From Catajapyx aquilonaris (taxonomy: Eukaryota): DNA of 64,000 nt. A program made the translations under genes and the position numbers. Each line of letters begins with the position of its first letter. Positions within the stretch are counted from its first letter, which is position 1. Below the pieces are notes generated by a model. That model was not told where the DNA came from, did no database searches, and saw nothing but the letters and a program-made list of their open reading frames with translations. The stretch covers positions 1 through 64,000 of the forward strand of contig KZ537979.1 in NCBI GenBank assembly GCA_000934665.2, written 5' to 3'. Below, in pieces: positions 11,359 through 23,400 of the stretch.

Positions 11359-11414
11359 AGTAGTAGTAGTAATAGTAGTAGTAGTAGTAGTGTAGTATTA
11401 ATAGTAATAGTAGT
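11359..11414. repeat. Imperfect (TAG)n microsatellite in the probable kirre 3' UTR
   Basis: Visible tandem AGT/TAG units. Confidence 0.85.
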
Positions 11415-11946
11415 ACAGTGGTGGTAGTTGTAGGCACACGCACGCACGCACTCACGTACAAAAAACAAAACAAAAGACGCGTGGGATGATGCGGGATAAC
11501 GTTTGTATGAGAGGGGGATACATGACACCACGGTCGTCAGTCAGTCGTACATACTTCTTTCTCCATTTGGCAGGGATGATGCTGCTTCCATTATGTTTTG
11601 ATTCTTGCATAGACAAGCAGGCGCCCCCTCTCCCCGACACAGACTTGCCTCTGCCAGCTGCTGCCCGACCACCTTCTTATCCAGCCCACGAACCAGGTCC
11701 ACGTGCCGTCACCGTACCTTCAGCCAACTCAGTGCTCCTGCCGCCTCCCCTGCATCCAGCCTCCAAACCGATTGCACTGGACTGCTACCACTGGACGGCA
11801 CGTGGACCCGTAACAAGAGAGATTCCTTTGGCAGTGAGATTCTCAATCATATTCTGTGCCTGGCCGGAGACGGGGCGCTGTGCGGCTATGCTGGCTGGGG
11901 CTACTGCCTATGACAAGGCAGGGAACCAGCAACGCCTTTCTTGTCG

Positions 11947-12312
11947 TTATACGTGCGTGGCCAGAGTGCCCGGCTTGACCTGCGTCTGAGCCGGGAGGAT
12001 GTAGTGGGAATTGGGTGATGATGGGAGACGTGCAACCTGCGGCACGGCTCCGTTGCGGTTGGCGTACGGGCCGGCCAACGGCAGGGACGGTAAGGGCGGC
12101 GGAGGGGGCGGGGGCGGTGGGGGAAGAGTGGTCGAGCTGCCCGTCCTTAGGTATGGGTTGCCATATGCAGCCGAGTAACGTGGGTCGATGTTGTTCAGGG
12201 GCACTGCTTGAGAGCCGTACACCGAGCTGCGGTTGGCTGCGTTCAGTGCCGGTGGGTTGTAGTCGCGTGAGTAGTCCACGTATGGTACGTAGCCGTTGTT
12301 GCTGTGGCCGTC
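11947..12312 (-). CDS. kirre: kirre last coding exon (cytoplasmic tail, PDZ-binding THV)
   Basis: DGHSNNGYVPYVDYSRDYNPP...PRYSAAYGNPYLR...LPPPPPPPPPPLP...GTLATHV*. Acceptor TCATCCCCAG. Confidence 0.92.
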   Translation of the reverse strand, partial: DGHSNNGYVPYVDYSRDYNPPALNAANRSSVYGSQAVPLNNIDPRYSAAYGNPYLRTGSSTTLPPPPPPPPPPLPSLPLAGPYANRNGAVPQVARLPSSPNSHYILPAQTQVKPGTLATHV

Positions 12313-14364
12313 CTGGGGATGAAATATCAAACGTCATTGCAAAGTTATGCAGGGTTCACACTTGGGGCGTTACCAACATGTCCAATTTTCAACCTGTACT
12401 TTCTGAAATGCAAGATTCACTAGCCTCTCCTTGAAGGTTTTTCGGCGCTAAAAATCCATAAATGGACTTTGTGGTCGTCCACGACCTCTAAGCTCATGCA
12501 TTAGCCTACAGCGTCCATCTGATGAATTTGTAAACTGGCCTTCTTAAATCGCTGGGAGACGCGCACATTCAGACTCCATACATAAATGTTCCAATGAGCA
12601 TAACAACATGGGAAGCCTGCAGTCCGCATTGAGTCTATTTGGAGCTCTCTTGGGGAAAAAACCCTAATGAAACTGGATACATTCAAAGTTGCTCTCAAAT
12701 CGACAATTCCAACCATAAAAAGCCGAATATTTTTGATGAAAATTTCCAGTTCCAGAGGATATTATACACATTACGATCATTTAATGAAAATTTAAAGGAC
12801 GAGACACACACAAACTTATCAAGATATATAATCACAACGTCTCGATGGGTTTTGAATGGAAGCTTTCGAGAAGGGAGTATCCTTAAAGTTGTAAAAAAAT
12901 CCCATAGTTCGTTGTTTGAATGGGACACCCATTATAGTTACAACAGGACAGGGAGACCCGATATTGGAAAAGTTTGGGGATTATCAGCCTATTTGGTCAC
13001 GTGTCACAAAGCCCGAGGTGTCTTCAGGGATTGGAACATTAATGGGCCGTCGAGTTGGCGAGCTCGTGACTTGCAAGCAGACGAGATGACGAAACCAAAT
13101 TGGCACCGTTTTGTCTGTCGCCAATTAGGCTAACCCTGCAAATCTGCTGGCCGGCCCTCCACTAAATAAGTGATGCCTCAGTGTCCAGTCGCAGACCAAT
13201 TTTGGGGATCTGTATCATCTTTTGGTTAATATATTAGACAAAACTTGGCAAAATATTGAAAAGGCAGCCCCCTCTCCCATGCACCTTCTGATCGATCACG
13301 CTGGGTGTGGTCCTGTCAGTACACCAGTCGTGTCAATTAGAGTTGGAACTGTATTTATGCATAGGCGGTATGGTATGGCACCGGCATAGTTGTCAAGTCA
13401 ATTATTGGATTGTTGGTAAGACTGACCGGTTTGGGCGGGAACGAAGGCTCGGTGTAGTCGGCTGAGTATCGGAAGAGAGTGTCGGCTGCGCCATTGGGAG
13501 GTTGCCTGGGAGTGACGGCCAAGGCATCGCTGCCCTCATCCCATGCCTCCGAGTCGTGCTCGTTCACATTGCTCAGCGAAGAAGCAGTGCGGATCTCCAC
13601 CTTCAAATCCGAGTCGTTGGAAGAACGATCCGATGCCTTGGCCTGCTTCTCGCTGCCCTCTATCTCGGCTGGAAATGAGACGAGAATTTAGGACACAGTA
13701 CATTTGAACTATGACCAGTGTTTTTGTACGATCCAAATTGGTGGGCCGAAGCCACACCTTCAAGAAAAGCACTCGTTCCATTAGCACTGCGTCATCATAA
13801 TGGCTGCTGAACCCAGTACTAATGAGCTTTTCCCTCTGACAAAACATCTGCATGGAACTTCCATGAGAGCTGAAACGAAATATGGGCGCAGTGATGGTAC
13901 TCACGTTCCTTCTTGGTCCGTCGCTGACAGAGGATGACGATCATGATGATAGCTATGACCACTACTACCCCTCCAATTACGCCTGCCAGGATCATAAGCA
14001 GCGGTAGGCTCTCTGAAATGAGGACGCATTGCATTAGGAACAAAAATATGAGAGTGGAGAACTGGCGGAAAAACGACGAGTGTCACATTTGAATCCGTCA
14101 TATGAGCGCTGCAGGCAGCATTGCTTACACATTTATTTTATACGACGGAAGCAGACAGAAAAAAAACACACACACACAAAAACGGCACTCATGGGGTTGA
14201 CACCCTGGTCAAAACCTGCTGAAACAGTTCTTTCTGCATCAGTCCCTGCAAATGGTACCCCCTTTCGCTATAAATAAATAAAATGGACACAGTGTGAAAT
14301 GATGGATGGCTATTTTACGAGAGCGTATGGAACACATTGAACAGTCCGCCCCCAGCCCCCCTGC

Positions 14365-14406
<42 letters not shown>

Positions 14407-17400
14407 CGTCGGCCGCCAATCCGGCCAACATGTTCGCCACGGCAAGTTCATACACTGGGTCGACGAATTCAGAAACAATATTGGCCTGTTCCGTCCAAAC
14501 ATGGCCGGCCTCCGGTATGTGGAGCGTGTTTAATTAACCCTTTCATGCAAAGCATTCAATGGCACAAGAGATGTCATTGTTCTTTTCCTCGCAAACGACC
14601 GGACATTTATTTAGCGTTTGCTCTTGCGCAATTCCACTACAAAAGTGGCCGCGAACCAACACTGGGCCCCCACAGTTTTAGCCAGACATTTAAAACCTGC
14701 ACGTCATTCGAGACGGAGATTTGCTCAAGGAAATTTTGCCTATTCGTTCTATAAAAAACTGCGCCAATGGCATTGTGCTAGAATTGTTTCTAATTTTTTT
14801 GTTTCACATTTAGAGCTGGATGGTAACAACAATAAAAAACGTTATTTTAATATTTCACAGTGTTGGCCAGCACACTCCTGCTGACCCCACCTTGGAGCTA
14901 GCCTTCCCCTTTGAAAACTGGCGCAGAAAAACCTGAATACGATATTTGGAAACGTGATGGATGCAATTACTCCCTTTTTGAATGCTTCATTACAAGCCAA
15001 ACAAGCGAATTCTATGACAGCAATGTAGTATAACTGTTATACCAGATCTCGCATAAAGGACTCGAACCCCCCAAACAAACGGCATTTCATTGTTGTCAAA
15101 CCTATTCGCGTAACTGGAGTGACCTGCATTAATGAACATGACGCAAATTCTACACGTTCAAATCAATAGTCCTCTCTACTCTATATAGAAACGTTCTGGC
15201 ATATAAAGCAGACGAGAGCTTACTTTGCTTCTTGAGGTGGATCTCCAGCACATCTGTCCCATAGTTGTTGGTAACGGAGCAGTTATACAAACCGAAATCG
15301 TGTTCTTGAGATTCTCGGATGACGAGGACGCTCCGGACCCCATCCGGAAGAGGGTCCTCCAGTATGGAATAATTGGGATCATCTGCAATAAGTACAAACA
15401 CAAGTGGTGAAAAAAAGCCTCGAAGGACTGGAGCCCTATTCATGTTCTAAGTTAGATGCCCTATGGAGGATGTTTTATTAGGTCATGCCAAAGGTCACAA
15501 AGCTTTGCAGTCTCAAGAGACTGATCTTGGGGCCAATAAATCTCCACACTCACACTGCACCTCTCCCATCTGCAGTTGGGAACCGGCGCCAGAGATCGAT
15601 AATCCCCTTGCCATCTCTATCTTACAAAAGACGAGGGGAACGGAAAGCACAAAAAAACACTCTTGAAGGTAAATGACAGCAATGATCAGTCACGCGGCAA
15701 CGTAACCACACGCATTGACGACCACCAGCTTCACTCTAGGAGCTTGGAACAAGCTATAGCATCTCTGGACTGAGGGTAGCCATCTTGTTCGCATTGGCAT
15801 TTCCCTGGCAGTAATGAATCGGCAACGCTTCGTGAGGCACGGTGCATTTCAACAGAACTCTCGATCTCGCAGCCTTCGAGGCTGTCAAGTGTTCCATGCG
15901 AGTCCCGGTGTAATTGACAGCTATCATCCTATGTTTCTCAGAAGCGGCCAAGATAACGGTTCGACTGCCACGGACTTACCATTCAACGAATCTGACATTT
16001 TTAACCTTCTCAACACTGATTCTCCATAGAACGATAACACATACACAGACAATGCAGCCGTAACTTACTGGCATCAACTTCCCGTCCGAAGTGTGTCCAG
16101 AGGACCTTGTCCGGTTTGGGGATGGAGAAGGCGACGCACTCGACACGCACTGTGTCACCCTCCACCCCGAACTGGACCTTCTGACTACTGATGTTCGGAG
16201 TGCCCTTCAGGAATATGCCGGCTTCGGCCGACACCTCCGAGAATCCGGGAACTGTGGCTTGGCACAAGTACCGTCCAGCTGTTTCAGGCGTTACCGTCAA
16301 TGTCAGGTTGGGAGACGTTTTCAGCACCTGTAAAGAGCAACCAAATGAAGTTAGAGCAACTTTGTGACCCGCCAAAAAAGAGACAACAATGTGGCTTTCA
16401 TTCATTATACTAAAGCTTGCAGGAACACCTCGCCATGCGCTTTTTGGCAGCGAGTCGCACTCCATTTGCTCTCCAGGGTACAACTCGCTGCCAAAAAGCG
16501 TAGCGAGAATGCACTACTCGCAAGTGCCGATTTGTGAACGGCTTCCCCGAAAATAGCTGCTAGGAAAACGTGGCGACTACCGCGTTACACGAAGCATGAA
16601 ACAAAGACGAGCTTGAGGCCAGAGCTCCAGCCGAGAAACAGCACGACGTCTACAAGGTATCACGCTGTGTGACCAGCACTTTGCAGCTATAGTAGCCAGA
16701 GCAACAAGGCAAGCAAACAAGGCAGCCACCCCCGGTGGCCACTTGAATTACTCGATGCATCGCCTTGTTGATATGTCTGGCGCACCTCCTTCCGTTGACT
16801 CATGCAGGTGAGCATGAGAATGGTGCACATCCAAAGGCTAGGCTAGGGTCGAGCCACTTAATTAAGAAATGAGTCTTGCTTCATGTCGCGTTGGGGGCGG
16901 AAACTCCCTTGCTGAGCTTACCCAAACAGTATGCTGTGCTGCTAACAGCCTGGGGCACATGGGAGAGTTAAAATTTTAACACCGGAAGGAATGTGCAGGG
17001 CAAAGAACCCCCGGCGTAATTAAAATGGTTTCTATTTGCATGTTTCGGGCAGCTGTAGCACTTCCGCCAAAAGTGCGCCGTGGTATCATTCAATGCAGGA
17101 ATGGGGTAAAACCAGCTCCTGGCCCCTCTCCACTGTGGCGGAGTATTATTCTGGATCTGGCCAAACAGGTGTTTCTTGCGCCTGAAGGTAGGCATCATAG
17201 CGTGCTCTACCTGTCTTGAGGATGGCAGTGTCCCCCTTTTCTACACATGCGATGGGAAGAAATCCCACGCACGGTTCTTGCACGCGAGTACTCCTGGTGG
17301 AACACTTTTCTTAGTATTGTTCTGAGAAGCCTCGTAGGCCCAGTCTGAGGCGTCAAGAAAGCCTTCTTGCACACTCCAATCAATCCAACTTATGTACAGG

Positions 17401-20400
17401 GTGTTTCGTAACAATACCCACAAACTGAGGTAATGTTGCCATCATTGGTCAAAAGGGTAAGTTGGATTGATCTAGGCGACCTCTGGTTGGAGATTTGCCT
17501 TTTTCGCCTTCAGAAACACTTGGGGCCGTCAGCACGGACTCGCATAGCAACAATTACAAGAGGCAATTAATTGGGAAGGGCGCATGATGGATGCGACTGG
17601 TCACACGCTGCTAAACAGCATATCCCACCAGACTAATCAAAGAGCCCGGCTCGAAAATTACAATGCGGGGGCCGTTGGCTTTTGATTAATATTGCCCAGT
17701 TATCACATTACCGTTACGTGCGCCTGGTTTATTTGGGGGGAGGTGAGAAGCGGCACCTGTAGAGTTGGATTAAGGTACTACGGGTGAAGAAATGTGTGTA
17801 GGAGGCGAAAAAGTTTGGGTTGATTAGCATAGGATTTGCAGAGTAAACTTTTCCTGGCTGTGGACCTAAGTTTATGCAAAATTCGGTTTAAAACTAGAGA
17901 AACCCACAGGATCCGAGAATCGAACTCGAGGCCTCAGAGATGGCGTGCCATGGCTTGATCACTATGGTACGCCACCACGCGGCCCTTCAATTCGGCGTCA
18001 AACTATAGGTACAACCTGACCCTAACAACACGGGAAAATTCGTCAAAACTAGTTGACTGGCACAATAAAAATGCAAACTCAGTTAATAGGCCGCTAAATA
18101 ATTGACGCAATGTTTAATTTGCACGTAATGCTAATTTCCCACTCACAGCAGGCCAATTTACAACAGCCATACATGCTTGGCGCTGTTAGCGGTAATTACT
18201 AAAATGAGGAGTTCAAGTCCGGAATAATAAGCAAATCAAGAGGAATCTTCATCCAAGTTTTTACTGCCTTTTCTAGATTATGGATTCATATAGTCGGGTT
18301 TGTTTGCCATTTGATTAGATCTGCTATTGAAGACTGTGCAGTGGGTAGAATGAGATCAGGGGAAGAATCCTGGCAGATAGGCAGCAGGATGTGGTCCAGC
18401 CGCATCTCTCCCACCTCCTGATCTTCCGCTACCAAATAAACCGCGTCGAGTCAACAATGCAGCTAATTTTCAATTAGTCGCAGGTATACGGCCCGCGGGG
18501 ATCTTGTGCCCCGCAATCAATGTCGGCTGAGCCAGCCTCATTTCATACAGTCCCTTGTCCCATGTTTCCACGGGTTCTGCCACAACCTACTAGGCCGACT
18601 CCTCTTCACGCCAAAGGCATTTTGGGCTGGACTTACCAAACGGCTCGGTTTGTGAAGCCAAACGATCTCCGGTGTGGGGTTGCCGTCCACATCGCATGAT
18701 AGGGTCACGGTGCTGCCTAGGTCAGCCTGGACGTCTCGTGGAGTGTAACGAAACACAGGACCATCTGTGGATAGAACAGAAGTTAGTGGCAGGTAATTCC
18801 GACGGTGTCACTAATAGTTGACACCTATTGCAACTAAGGCTCTACTACTGACAGTGACAGCCTTTCAAGCAACAACTAGGTTCGATCTTAATGCAATTGC
18901 CTGGAAGTAAAACGGATTGGTCATAAAAAGTCGAGATTTGCCTACAAGAGTTGAAGAAAACCCGGGCACAATTGTTCCACGGACTAAGATTTGCTCCGGG
19001 AGCATGCAAAGTCGCAAACCGAGTGAATGGAATCCTGACGGATGAGTTGATACTGGTACTTGTCTCTTGGCATGAGATAAATGGCTACTTGAGATGAGAT
19101 TAGCAAAGGATGGTCTCGCCTAGCGAGGACTCCCAACTTGATAGTCCTCTCACAATTAAAATTGGGCAATGAGAAACACGGGGATTATTTCGCACAGGAA
19201 ATAAGAGCATCAATTGAACTGGGCTGGAGAGGACGCATAAGCCCAGCCGATAAAGAAGGTCTAAAATGCGACGTAGGCAGTCTTAGGAGATGCTCGTCGG
19301 CCCGGAAAAATAAACCCTTCAAAACCCTCCTTGTCAGTTGAAGCAGCTTAGTTTTTTTAAAAGCAATTCAAACAAACGCCCTTTTAGTTTGCGAAAATAG
19401 TCGCGGAAAAAAAAGAACTCGGGTCGGGTTGTTTGCAAAGGCTTCCAAATAATAGGAAGATAATAATGTGCCACTGCCATATCACAAACTGTTGCAGAAA
19501 AATATCCAACATCTACTGCAGGCAACCTGAGAGTTGCCCAGCAACCAGAACACTGAGCAATGTTCAAAACTGCATAATGCGCCAGGGTACATGACATTTT
19601 TTACTGCCAGAATAATTATAGAATTATTCATTGCTCCCTCGCATTAATATTCTAACAATCCCCACTAAGGCACACATGAAAAAAGGACCCACCATAGTAG
19701 CAGGTGTTCTCATTTTTCCAGCGGATATTACCTTGCCTATTAAAAACATGTCACTCTTATTCATAGGGGGGCGAGAGGGTGAAATTGGACCGACGTAAAT
19801 CCCCAGGCGTCTGGGGGTACCAACACGGTCGGGTATATTTAGAGCGACTGTAAGCCACGCCTGGCAAGCCAAGCCAAGTTGAAGCAAACTTCCAGTCCAC
19901 ACTGACAAAGAGAGGGTGACCACAATTGTAATCACTGCTACTCATGGGACTCCTGATTGTGCTGGTCATACTTTTTTCATGCAGGTTGCCGCATATCCCA
20001 GGAGATTCACTAGGGTACAAAGACTTGGGTAAATACGCCAGGGGATACTAGTGGAGCAGCCAGTAAGCTCCTCATATATATCGAACCCCATCCCCTCTGG
20101 CGCACCCTCTGATTTTACGGCGCACTTGGTGCGATGTGATTGCCCTGATTGAAAATGTAAAAATTCCGCGGGCTCCACCGGCTCCTTCATCCCGTGGTAG
20201 AAGGGCGGCATTTTTTTCTCTTTTTTTTGCAATTCTAGCCTCGGTTATTAAAGTTGCGCCGCCTCACATTGATCTTGCCTTGGCTGCTGCGCCGCTCGCC
20301 AACAAGTATAAAGGGATGAAGTAAAGAAAGAGGGGATGAAGGGAGGAAGGAAGGATGGAAGGCTGATCAAGACCATCTAGAATGGCCTACTATAGTGTCA

Positions 20401-23400
20401 ACAGGGCTCATTCATCGCAAACAATAGCACGTCAATGCGGAAAATAGAGTAACGGCTCTCATTTCCGGAGCCCAAGCTCGAGTTCACTAAGTTTCTGGTG
20501 GAAAACAATGAAAATAAGGCAATGCTCACAATGGGCTATACGAAAAGATTGGAAAATAATTGACCCACGAGATCAGCTGCTGGCTTTTCATCCACATACC
20601 ACGATTATTTTTAAGATAAATATTTTCAATAACAGCACACAAAATAAGTTACAAAAAATTAAGGTAAAACAATATATTCTTACAGTTAGTGCAACGTGTC
20701 AGCTTAAAATAAACTGACCATGCTAAATTGTAGTCTATCCATGTGTCACGGGTTAAAATATTCATCTGCAAAGCAAATAACTTGTATCGGGGTCAAGCAT
20801 ACAGACAAGGTTATTCAAAGGTCAACTACAGAGGATATACCATATATGGTATGAATAATTATTAGGCTCGCTTATACCGAGGCTGGGCGAATTTTTTGAT
20901 CCTAGGCGATACAGAGCCGTTAGCATAATATATCATATGGAGGCATAGAAGCATTAGCAACAATAATGCCGCATAAAAATGCAGAATATTCCCATGGTGC
21001 AATATTGGTTTGACTCTGGCAGCCCGGTTTCAATCATGATGGCCACGCATGACTATTCTGAATAAGCGACGCGACGTCCCAGGTCTATTCAATGAAAACT
21101 AGATACGATTGCAACTAATGTTTCAGAAAGCGTTACTTGTTCTATTAGGCTAGCAAAAACCCGCAAAGTAAACAAGGGAAGGGGAATTTCTGCGACAATG
21201 GGATACAATTTGGACATTGGTAGACGCCAGCGTTAAACTCAAAAAACCGGGCCAATGGAGTGCATTGTTGTGGGCTGATCGGTGAAAACAGGTGAGTGCC
21301 AGGCCGAGAGAAACGGAGCGGATGGGGGAAGAATGTTGATGTGAATGGAATCTACTCCCGCGTGATTTATACGCTTGTAACTGTCGAGAAGGACGGCACA
21401 TTATTGAGCCCAGCAGTTGGCGCGCTCTATGGCGGCAGCCTTCTGGAAAGATCTCTTTTAATTACATAAGCCGGAGCCGGAGCGATGCAAATTGCTTGGC
21501 TAACAAAGACATAATGAGAGTCAGAGTGTAATTTAGCATCGTTTTCTCGCTTCATAATTATTTCGTATAAAGCGTCATTACCGCCGTTTGGATGGGGACA
21601 AAGCGGCCTCCTTGAACAGAGAAATATGGGCGCGGGAGACTCTACTGCATTCGGCCCCGGGCGCGGAATGGGATTATTCTATTTACAATGGACACAAATA
21701 TGCGACAAAGTATCTCCCCGGGGCTTTGTTCCTCAGCCCACCCTCCTCCTCCTACGGGGTAGGGGCCTTCCTTAAAGGTACATGGCGCTTAAAGGCGAGG
21801 GAGGGGGGGGGGGTGCAATTAGATGGCGACGACGGCGAATGCGATGGCGGTGACGGAGGCACGGGCTTGCTTTCATGCTTCAATGCCGTCGTCGCCAACT
21901 CGGGATCTAGATTAACCCCCCTTTGCCCCCACCTCGGCTGCCAAATCCGACCTTACTACACGTCCTGCTCAATTGCTCTCGACTGGTATTTCCACAGGCA
22001 TCATTCTTATGAGTTGGTCCCAAAAATGGGGGTAACCTCACTCACTCCGCCAGCTATCATCGACACAAAGTCTGGAGGATAGGAACGCAACTCAGTGATA
22101 GGAATGCAATTAGTGTCCTTACCGCATGACATGGCGTTCGCCGGAATTTCTGGGCCTGCGACTGGCGGGATGACCCCAAAAACCTTTCTCACCAATAGAA
22201 TATACGATACGTTTAAAAAAAATAGAAGTATTAGTTTGAGCGGCGCCTGCAACTTCATCAAGTATTGGAGGAACTATGCTCAAATAAGCTGTATCTATAG
22301 ATGCAAGATGGAGTGTGCAGAAGGGAGCGCGGTAGGTACAGAAGCTGGGTCGTGATATGACTCCCTGCCGGCTGTTTGCACACTTCCGTCCCGTGCATTT
22401 TCCAGAGATTCCGTGCCCTTTGATATATCCTCAAAGGGTCTCCTCCTCTTTTGCCTCACACCCTAGCTCAAGGATCTTCAAGAAAAGTTTGTACTGGCGG
22501 GGATCTCCCAATCTGCGGCACACCTACCACTTGACGCACTAAATGAATCTGTCCATTTTGCATGCCATCTACCCACTGGCAATAAGGCTTGCTCATTTTT
22601 TGAACCAGAGGTTTAGCATGGCTGGCTGACCGTAATTGACAATTGGGCCAGTCCCTACCATTTCCTTTGGGCCTGAAAGTGGCGAGGAAGCAGAACTGCA
22701 TTAATACGCCATTTTAACTTGTTATGACATTGTAAATCTCCAGCTAATTGAATTATTACTTTCGGGATCTAAAACTCCGTCGCTGCATAATGAGTGCCCC
22801 ACTTGGATAGGCTGGCTTATTATTACTAATGCCTGTGCCAACTGCTCTAGCAGACGGCAATTTACATTCTCAAAGCGTGGATTTGAAGACTCGACTTTCT
22901 CATGGCCAGATCTGAAACCACGGCATCTACAGCCTGTGGCGTTTCATGACGCGGCAATTCTGTGCCTTGAGTGACTCGACTCTTACAATACTGCAGTAAT
23001 GCCTCATAAACTTGTGACCAATGGACCCGGCAGTTTGGAGAGTGATAGGAAATGTCTGGGCAAAACGACTCTTGCAGCTAATGACATTGCCTGCCAAATG
23101 GTAAGTTAGTCGCCTTCCAGGTTGACAATAACTAGAATATTTTCATTAATATGCGTACTAAAGCAAAAAGGCTGCAGCGGAATAGCTTTAGTGGCTCTTA
23201 TAATGTGCATCCATTTTATTCTTTGTGAACTGAAAACAGTATTATTGCATAATGAATTAATAATATCACCTTGGGTGCATAATTCCAACAGCTCCAGGCA
23301 CCAAATTTATGCAGGAAATTGCGGCCTCGGCATTCAAAGTCGCGATGAAAAGATTCATGCGTGAAACAAACGCGATCAAAAAATGGGGCGCCTGCATCCC

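Noticed and set aside
11486..12434. Long ORFs antisense to or overlapping the last kirre exon (167, 164, 139 aa)
   Set aside because: Shadow ORFs of a GC-rich coding exon and UTR, with no domain features.
13355..13426. In-frame read-through past the exon 8 donor giving an alternative C-terminus without THV
   Set aside because: Only ~23 unremarkable codons and no nearby minus-strand AATAAA seen; expected by chance.
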